Below, piece after piece: positions 20,701 to 26,779 of a stretch of 26,779 nt of DNA. Each line of letters opens with the position of its first letter. The stretch's first letter is position 1. The stretch covers positions 1-26,779 of the forward strand of contig NIVC01001220.1 of assembly GCA_002269645.1 (NCBI GenBank), in the 5' to 3' direction. The notes below the pieces were generated by a model. That model worked only from the letters and a program-made list of their open reading frames with translations, did no database searches and was not told the DNA's origin. Source of the DNA: Macrostomum lignano (taxonomy: Eukaryota). The translations under genes and the position numbers were made by a program.

Positions 20701-22281
20701 GTTCGGGTTGAAGATTTGTACTGGCAGTTGCTTATCCTTTGCAACCAGCACTAGTGCCGTAGGCATCATGATTTGATGTTTTGCCGTGACTCTCCTGTGT
20801 GGATCAAATATCATTGCTTCATCTGCCGCGCTGGTCGTTTTCGCTCTGACCCAGCATGCGCTTTCAGGCTGGATAATGACATCTTGCTGCAGAGTTACTT
20901 TCGGTAGTACTCGAATCTGGTTGATCAGCGGTTGCTCCACCGTGTCGATCCTAAACGTTTGCTTGTTGAAGTCGAAGGTCAATGGTAGTTGAAGCTGCTT
21001 GAACGTGTCGATTCCAACGATGACGTCTTGGTTTGGTAGTCTGTCGATGATGTACGTCGGGACCGTCAGCTGTTTATTAGCAATTTTCAAGTCGATATCT
21101 GCTTTTCCTAGGATGTTGAGTGAATGTCCTCCTGCTCCTGCAACTGCGATTGCTGCTGGTCGTACCGCGAGTCGTAGCTTGTTGCATAATTGTTGCGAGA
21201 TGACTGTGATCGAGCTGCCTGAATCCAGTAGTGCTCGACATGGCAAGTTGTTGACAATGACCTGAGCCATTGCTTTGCCAATCTCGGCGTGTAGCGTACA
21301 GACGTAGTTTTCCGGCCATTTTGGCTCGTGCTGTTCTGCTTGATAGTTGGGTGGTTGTATCCTTGGTGCCGTTGGTGTTGTCGGAATCGATGGATATAGC
21401 CGCGTTGCTAGTGTCGGTTGCCCTTGAACCTCACAATGTGCAGTTTCTGTTAGTTCTAAACTGTTGTCGCTTTCCGTTGTCGTTCTTTGCATTATGGCAT
21501 TCACTGTCTTCTTAGCTCTTGGACAAGTTTGACTGAAGCACCGTACGATCGATGAAATGATGAAGATTGCCGTGACAATCCACACAATGCAAGCACCGTA
21601 GAAGATGAATCCTTGATAGAGACTGCCTCTTCCATTGAGCAGCTCCCAGAAGCTATTTGTCCAAAATGATTTGATGGCGCTGTCCATTGAAACAAGGACG
21701 GGAAATCTTCCTGTCCCGGTTCCTTTGTCCTTTCTTGTGAACAGCTGGTGAATCATCTTGCGTTGGGTGATGAACGCTTGCAAGAAGTCGTTGATCGTCC
21801 ATCCTGGTGTTATCTCGTCAAGTTGGATATCGGCGAATGGCGTATACTTCGTTCTGTTGAATCGGATTTTCAAATCCTCCATGTCGTAGTTTTCGTCGAC
21901 GATTACTTCCGGTTCTGTGACGTTTGCTGTCGTTCCAGTTGTTTTGATGACGTGTAGTGCATTGTCCAGTTGATAGTAGTTTACTGCCGTGGTGCAAGGT
22001 CTCGGTATTGCGGTGCCAACGATGATGTTGTGTACCGTGTCCAAGAATCCCTGAATTCGTTTTCCTTCGTAGAACGCTTCAATCCTTGGCTTATCGTAGC
22101 AGGTTGTTGACGTGTTTGACGGCAAGATGTTAAAGTGCTGTATCGGCGTGCACTTGTATATCAACAGATGCTCGTATATTGGAACTGCCAAAACGTTCGT
22201 CATTCCGGTGATTTTACGAAAAGTCATCGTAGGGTTGACATAGTAGTTTTGTCTGGCATAATTTAAGTTGATTGCGTGCAT
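17761..22281 (-). CDS. pol: Env C-terminal half + TM + cytosolic tail fused in frame to protease-RT-RNaseH-integrase (frame open from ~22317)
   Basis: NPTMTFRKITG..CYDKP..GFLD..PC env motifs; TM FIFYGACIVWIVTAIFIISSIV (~21545-21610); LLDSGS protease; YVDD RT; IETDASG RNaseH; HHCC; D..D..E integrase; GPY motif; terminal YNLRPR. Confidence 0.97.
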   Translation of the reverse strand: MHAINLNYARQNYYVNPTMTFRKITGMTNVLAVPIYEHLLIYKCTPIQHFNILPSNTSTTCYDKPRIEAFYEGKRIQGFLDTVHNIIVGTAIPRPCTTAVNYYQLDNALHVIKTTGTTANVTEPEVIVDENYDMEDLKIRFNRTKYTPFADIQLDEITPGWTINDFLQAFITQRKMIHQLFTRKDKGTGTGRFPVLVSMDSAIKSFWTNSFWELLNGRGSLYQGFIFYGACIVWIVTAIFIISSIVRCFSQTCPRAKKTVNAIMQRTTTESDNSLELTETAHCEVQGQPTLATRLYPSIPTTPTAPRIQPPNYQAEQHEPKWPENYVCTLHAEIGKAMAQVIVNNLPCRALLDSGSSITVISQQLCNKLRLAVRPAAIAVAGAGGHSLNILGKADIDLKIANKQLTVPTYIIDRLPNQDVIVGIDTFKQLQLPLTFDFNKQTFRIDTVEQPLINQIRVLPKVTLQQDVIIQPESACWVRAKTTSAADEAMIFDPHRRVTAKHQIMMPTALVLVAKDKQLPVQIFNPNTETVHLRQGMCIGHLNTQASVMLIEQATPRLTEEEFQKKINLDDSPITEQQKRKVRQLLWKYNEAFCHHDYDIGRAKDIKQEIKLLPHTEPIQCKPYPIAKHLQQHFDEIIDKMLKHGIISKAISAYSSPCLLVQKKETNERRLVCDFRLLNKYIPTDQQSLPKISELLAKLNTAKLFTVFDLRHGFWQIEIEKESRQYTAFKTYNGQVYEYNRSPMGLSNSPATMSRLTAYMLAGCTNLLHYVDDILAYGEDFERLYEATEKALALIQRQGLKLQPTKCKFFRDNVRYLGHQVTAKGISPDPDNVEKVKKFPTPTSITKVQSFLGLAQYFRKFLPNFAKTAKPLYDLLKFDKWKQDNWTQRQQESFDEIKRQLTSDALLQHPDFDKPFIIETDASGTGLGAVLLQETEDKKERPIAYVSRALKPNETKWSATERELLGVLFALRQFHYYIYGSPIQTIVRTDHAPLTYVVTTKGQTNNRLIRMTLKIQDYNYKLVYKPGITNKAADALSRAYEVNAIHPIPNIKELVDETERDNFYQAVKDDDKNIKLSPMERKFLRKQRQHLTINKSRLYWMSDNKPKIYIPYSFRQAILNELHDNPLAGHLSAAKTIARVEQYYFWPTMYGDIKQYCNNCHSCAASKTGRRQKPQLQSIPKSTTMDCLSIDITGPLPPSCLQGIAYTYILTALDIFSKFAIAIPIPDITAQTVAMSFFNEIICKYGTPKNLTSDNGSQFTSQLFQQVVRILNITQIYTSTYNPKANMVERFHRNLHEMITHFAHQQPEDWIIYLQSVTMAYNSAIHRSTDNTPFFLMFGRDFQPPNLLAQQLLPSQYVEVPTSIQKFVTQLHLAWKIAKHNIDNQVALTTGNDARSTTLTAGDIVYLHYPPQQTHKHAQKYKGPYRVVQLTSPTTARLANVQDPHQHQFYVHIHRLKKINTDTATFLPTLDNADRTRSTNRHIATKHEETQTTDVSQPHGYNLRPR

Positions 22282-22289
22282 TTTGCAAG

Positions 22290-23726
22290 TTAGCTGGACC
22301 AGTGACGATGTAAGTGGTTAAGCTGGTTATGCAGGTTGTGATCCAGCGCCGTGATCTTTGCTGACAGCAGTCGGTTTGACACCAATCGTGGACGTTCTAT
22401 GTCGCGTCGTTGTCTCTCTTGTTGCTGATATGTTCCGTTTATGATTGCCAGGAAGGTTTGTTTGTCACCATCCTTCACGTAGACTGGTATTTCTTGCTCC
22501 GAGATGAATAGTGTCTTGTCTGTATCCTTGCATTTCAGTTTTTGCTCGACTGGTTTCTTTTGAAACGTCAGTGCCAAGTCTCCTGACTTTGCCAAAAACG
22601 TATTTGACAGTAGTCCTCCTTCAACTGTGTGATACTTTTGAAGCTTGCAGTCAATTTCCGGCTCAACTTCCCACGCGAAGAAGTATTGTCGTGATTTGTA
22701 CGGTTCCTCATAGTGTGATTGTGCTCTGTGCTCAATCTGCCATCGATAGTCTTGATGATATGTTGGACTCAGTGGTAGACTGTGTAGTTCTTCCTTCCGT
22801 AGAATCGGCGTTGGACACCATCCTTCACTGTATCGACATTCGCTTAGTTGCAGCTGTAACGATTCCATTTTCTCGTACGGATTGTAGTAGAATGGAATAT
22901 TTCTGATCAAGTAGCTGTTGCGTGCCATATATTCTTTCCATTTTCCGAAGAAGTGAATATATCGACCGTTGGCTGAATTCTTTGTTCTGAACAGCTGTGC
23001 GTTGCCGACCTTCTCATCTGGTTCCAGTTCACCATCCTTTGAAAATAGTGTTTGATTCCATTGTAGGCATTCCGCGTGCGACACATGTAGCTCATGTTGT
23101 TTAAATCGGATCCGGTTCCATTGTCCGCGCCAAACTTTTTCCACCAGGTGCTTGTCTCTGAAGCATACTATCCCGTGTTGTCGATGCTTCTTGATGTTAG
23201 CCTTGTAGAGATCGAGTGTAATCTTCTTTGGTTTTGTCTGGTTTGTCTTGAAGTAACTGCATTTGATGTCGGTTGGTATCTTGTAGATCATCGGTTGGAT
23301 ATGCGCATCCGTTGGACAAATCATTGGCTTTTCCGTTGCCGTTGCTTTGGCGACTACTGCTATCAGTAGTATCACGATGATCCAGAATAGCCAGTTTTTC
23401 CACTTCTTGGATTTTGCCGTTGTCCTTGCTGGCATTGGCTGCGATCGCCATTCGTTATCTTCCATGTCCGCATCATATTCTTTCGGTTGTTCCATTGGCT
23501 GATCCAGGCGGAAGGCTTCTGATTCGCTTTGCTTTTTGGTTATTTCATTATCTTCGTCTGCGGCTTCTTCCGATGTTTCCGTTGTTTCACTCCATTGCGT
23601 TTGGTATCTTTTCTCTGTCTTGTAGTCGACCGTTTGAATATAGGCTTCACCATTTCGTTTGTATCGGATCTCGTAGCATTCGTCGCTGTCGGAACTCGGC
23701 TTTTCTTTCACCTGTTCTTTTTCCAT
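22290..23726 (-). CDS. env: Acidic linker + internal signal anchor + N-terminal env ectodomain (frame open from ~23831)
   Basis: KKWKN-WLFWIIVILLIAVVAKATA hydrophobic signal (~23337-23394); Cys-rich ectodomain; N-glycosylation sequons (NQT, NGT); furin-like RQRR at 22404-22415. Confidence 0.8.
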   Translation of the reverse strand: MEKEQVKEKPSSDSDECYEIRYKRNGEAYIQTVDYKTEKRYQTQWSETTETSEEAADEDNEITKKQSESEAFRLDQPMEQPKEYDADMEDNEWRSQPMPARTTAKSKKWKNWLFWIIVILLIAVVAKATATEKPMICPTDAHIQPMIYKIPTDIKCSYFKTNQTKPKKITLDLYKANIKKHRQHGIVCFRDKHLVEKVWRGQWNRIRFKQHELHVSHAECLQWNQTLFSKDGELEPDEKVGNAQLFRTKNSANGRYIHFFGKWKEYMARNSYLIRNIPFYYNPYEKMESLQLQLSECRYSEGWCPTPILRKEELHSLPLSPTYHQDYRWQIEHRAQSHYEEPYKSRQYFFAWEVEPEIDCKLQKYHTVEGGLLSNTFLAKSGDLALTFQKKPVEQKLKCKDTDKTLFISEQEIPVYVKDGDKQTFLAIINGTYQQQERQRRDIERPRLVSNRLLSAKITALDHNLHNQLNHLHRHWSS

Positions 23727-23773
23727 TTCTTCATCTTTCCATTGTATTTCGTAGCCTTGATCGCTGTCGGAAC

Positions 23774-24382
23774 TTAGATTCTCCGCTCTCGTTCTTCCTG
23801 CATTCCTCTTTCGGCTTGGTAGTCGTTCGTGTCATCACGCACCTCGCAGTCGTGGTCGTTGCCGTAACTTCTACATTCTTCTTCTTCTTTCATTTCTTTG
23901 TCTTTCATGCTCGTTTTGTCGTCATCCACTGTTGTCGATTCATAGTTGTTTTCTTCGCCGGTTTTCATCTTTTCTTCGTTGCCGATGTCGCTCTCCGCCT
24001 CCTCCCTTGTCTTGTGATTTACTTTCTTCCTGTTTTCTCTGCTGTCTCCGGTGGTCTCTTTTAATTTGATCATTTCGGTTTCATTCGTCTCTTCTGTGTT
24101 GTCAGTGTTGTCCTCGTGCGTCGTCTTCTTTTCGATCAAGCTGATGTCAAGTTCCGGGACTGTGAAGTCCATTTCCAAGTCGTCAATTGTGAACACTTGC
24201 TGTTCTTGCTGTTCATTTTCCGGTGTGTACGTGATGGCATTCGCGTATCGTGGCATTGCTTGCGTCGGCTGTCTTTGTGTATCTGACGTTGCGTGGCCTG
24301 TAGCCATTACTTCTGAAGCGGCCTTCGTTTCCGAAGCGGCCATCATTTCCGGAGCGGTCATTATTTCCGAAGCGTCTATCAT
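23774..24382 (-). CDS. Acidic low-complexity linker; probable frameshifted continuation of gag (from ~24260)
   Basis: YANAITYTPE followed by E/D/T/K-rich sequence; overlaps the gag end in the +1 frame. Confidence 0.55.
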   Translation of the reverse strand: MIDASEIMTAPEMMAASETKAASEVMATGHATSDTQRQPTQAMPRYANAITYTPENEQQEQQVFTIDDLEMDFTVPELDISLIEKKTTHEDNTDNTEETNETEMIKLKETTGDSRENRKKVNHKTREEAESDIGNEEKMKTGEENNYESTTVDDDKTSMKDKEMKEEEECRSYGNDHDCEVRDDTNDYQAERGMQEERERRI

Positions 24383-25244
24383 TTCCGAAGCGTCTCATTC
24401 CTTGTTGTTGGCGATTTTGATAGTGCTGCCATGGTTTCTGCGGCTTCTGATTGTTGAATATCTGTCGCGGCTTGTCGTATCTTGTTGACCAATGAGGACA
24501 ATTAATCTGATAATGTCCTTCTTGTCCGCAGTAGTAACATCTGGCTGAGGCTTGTTCATTTCGTCTTTTTTGTTCGGCGATAGCAGCTGTCTGGTGCTGC
24601 ATTAACTTGTTTAGTTGCTGCGTCAGTTTCTGCACTTCATTGTTGCCTGTCGTCATTAATGGGGCACTGGCTTCCCATTGCATTCCGCAACGCAAAAGGT
24701 CTTCTTCGGTTTCGATATTTTCACGCAAAAGTCTATCCCGAAGTGACGGCTGTGCGTTGTTTATTACGTGCAGGATGAGGTTTTGTTCACGATCCATCAA
24801 TCGTTGTCTTTCTCTGGCGGCCAATTCTGCCGCTCCCAGTGGTGGTTGGTCCGCAGCTTGCAGCGGTGGCTGATGCAGTGCCTTAATTATCTGGCGGATA
24901 TCGTCCACAAAGGCGAGGAAGGATTCTGTTGCTTGCATCCTTCTGTTATGCAACTTGTGCAGCAGCACTGATCTGTTTGTGCCGCAACGGTTGAAATGCG
25001 CGCGCAGTTGAATGATTAGTGCTGGATAATTTTGCTGTGTTGCCGCATCCAGCTTGCCGTAAATTTCTCGCGCAGTACCTTGGAGAAGAGGTGGCAGCAG
25101 CTGTGCCTTCTCTGGATTTTGTAGGTTGTATTCCCTACATACCAGGTCAAAATGGTCGACAAATGTGTTAAAATCTTTCTCCATCGAGAAAGTACCGACC
25201 GTTTCTTTGATGTCTCTGTGTACCGTTGGATTGCGCCGCGCCAT
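24213..25244 (-). CDS. gag: Gag (capsid-like region + one CCHC zinc knuckle + RFGND repeats)
   Basis: FNTFVDHFDLVC...LLPPLLQGTAREIY capsid-like segment; CYYCGQEGHYQINC = CX2CX4HX4C; first ATG after in-frame stops. Confidence 0.9.
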   Translation of the reverse strand: MARRNPTVHRDIKETVGTFSMEKDFNTFVDHFDLVCREYNLQNPEKAQLLPPLLQGTAREIYGKLDAATQQNYPALIIQLRAHFNRCGTNRSVLLHKLHNRRMQATESFLAFVDDIRQIIKALHQPPLQAADQPPLGAAELAARERQRLMDREQNLILHVINNAQPSLRDRLLRENIETEEDLLRCGMQWEASAPLMTTGNNEVQKLTQQLNKLMQHQTAAIAEQKRRNEQASARCYYCGQEGHYQINCPHWSTRYDKPRQIFNNQKPQKPWQHYQNRQQQGMRRFGNDRRFGNNDRSGNDGRFGNEGRFRSNGYRPRNVRYTKTADASNATIRECHHVHTGK

Positions 25245-25941
25245 GTTGTTGATAGGGTAGAACGGTAGTTCAAGATCTGGATCGATTTGTAACGGATCGT
25301 CCAGTGTGGTGTTTGCCTCGGAATAAACCTCGACTGTAACGAATTGCCTTGTGGTGTCGATTTGTTATTCGCTGGCCTCGGATGCGGTGTGGCTTGCTGC
25401 CACTGGTTGTCCTCAAATGAACTTGTTCTGTTCGCTTGCTGATTTCGCACTTATGCGGCGTCCCGCAAAGTGTATCTTCAAGTTGAAGTGGACTTGTCTT
25501 CTTGCTTTGCAAAGTCTTTCTTCTCTTCTTTGACTCTCTCTCTTTTGTCAATTAACTCTGCTCTCCACGAAGTTTCAATTAATTTCGGTTTTGTTTTAGT
25601 TTTTGTGCCGGCAAAATGTTTCAGTTATTTTTTGTTTGTTTTGCGTCGACGATTCTTTTTATTTTTGGTTTGTTTTCAGTGTACCGACGAAGTTAATTTC
25701 GGTTTTGTTTTAAACTCACACTTGCTCGAGCTCGTCAAAACAAAATTTTAACACGCGTGCTCAAACTGTACTCAAATTTGACAGGTGCTCAAACCTGTAC
25801 ACCAAATTTTACTCGAGTTTCAAAACGTAACGGACTTAAAAAGTGTTAACTCTAACACGTGCGCGCAAAATTAATGAAGTCGCTCTGTCGTCACTTTACA
25901 ATAGCTTCCAGGCTATTGCTCAAGTTTGAGTAGTGCCGAGA

Positions 25942-25955
25942 GGGCGAGATCACCA
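25942..25955 (-). promoter_or_regulatory. Primer-binding site TGGTGATCTCGCCC (possibly tRNA-Val)
   Basis: TGG 2 nt downstream of the 5' LTR; complementary to a tRNA 3' end ...GGGCGAGAUCACCA. Confidence 0.8.
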
Positions 25956-25957
25956 AT

Positions 25958-26779
25958 TGATGTGTTCCTTATTACCCGACTTTCGATAATCAAGGAACAA
26001 TCACTTCTAGCTCAACAGCTAGGCAACCCAGTAAGTCAAACGAAGGTATTCAATTACCTTTAATCCGGATTTGAATTTCTTGAGTAGTTCTCGCTAGGAA
26101 CTTGTCAGTAGATCTCGTAGATCAGGCGCCTTGATTCTTCAGTTGCTCTGGTCCTGGTTCCTCTTGTACTTCCGAAAGTTCTTCCGGCCGGTATCTTCCG
26201 TCAGGACCAATCAGAGGCCTCGTAGCAACAATGGGTACCCTGCGCCAAACTGCGGTCTAAATTAAGCCTCCTTCTTCTAGCAGTGCCTCTATGCACTCTA
26301 GGTATAGCTCCGGAAACCACTGATAGTCCTCTAAGATCTATCAGGGGCAGTCCTTCTGGAGACTGCAACCAATGAGTCTAAACAGACTCAAGAGTCTCAA
26401 CAGACTCAATTAGACTCAAGTCTCAATAGACTTGAGCGAGACGTCTCTAACACAACGGCGCAAATAAGGAAGGCTTACCGCAACAACTCGACCGAGTCTC
26501 GATTGACTTGGTATATCAGGAAGTCCTCCTAAGGCTTCCTCTTCGGAGCGCTCCTCTTCCGTGGGGAGAATGGCTCCGGTACCGCTTCAGATCGCTTGTA
26601 TTTATAGACAAGTTTTTGATCCAAAATAGTATCATGACAATTCACGTGTTGCGCTAAAAGGGGAAAATGGCTCATGGCGTATTATTCTGGTAACATCTTT
26701 TCTGGTAGCGTGATTCATTCAAAGCTTAGGCGCACATGCGTGTACTTACTTACTTATAGTAGTATTATACGATTATCTT
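25958..26779 (-). repeat. 5' LTR (about 38 bp missing beyond the window)
   Basis: Copy of 16223-17047; followed on the minus strand by AT and the PBS. Confidence 0.95.
26599..26606 (-). promoter_or_regulatory. Putative LTR TATA box TATAAATA (3' LTR copy at 16866-16873)
   Basis: Consensus match in the U3-like part of both LTRs. Confidence 0.5.

Larger units (their letters stand above)
16223..26779 (-). mobile_element. Env-bearing Ty3/Gypsy (Metaviridae-like) LTR retroelement; 5' LTR truncated by the window end
   Basis: Two near-identical LTRs, PBS, PPT, CCHC gag, and PR-RT-RH-IN domain order. Confidence 0.97.

Noticed and set aside
17973-24971. Many plus-strand and alternate-frame ORFs overlapping gag/env/pol
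   Set aside because: Shadow ORFs of a long coding strand; no motifs

Overview
AT-rich eukaryotic (probably invertebrate) genomic DNA dominated by two young, nearly intact mobile elements. (1) 168-6212 (+): a 6.0-kb hAT-like DNA transposon with a 7-bp TSD (CCCAAGG) and short imperfect TIRs. It encodes a 4-exon, ~1171-aa DDE transposase whose C-terminus carries a GRGRG repeat and a Spindlin-like Tudor module with an apparently intact aromatic cage. It sits inside a repeat whose uninterrupted inverted copy (the empty site) lies at ~13765-14343. (2) 16223-26779+ (-): a Ty3/Gypsy LTR retroelement with >99% identical LTRs and an unusual architecture. The order is gag - acidic linker - signal anchor - class III-like (chuvirus G / herpes gB-like) env ectodomain - TM - cytosolic tail with LYPxI/PTAP/PPxY late-domain motifs - PR-RT-RH-IN. 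Env therefore lies BETWEEN gag and pol, and its C-terminal half is fused in one stop-free ORF to pol. The usual env slot after the integrase instead holds a small MGxxxS(K) tandem-RING ORF. Between the two elements are a MITE, a Helitron-like repeat, a 1.4-kb polypurine tract, minisatellites and one candidate host exon. All domain and family calls are by motif recognition only; no searches were run.
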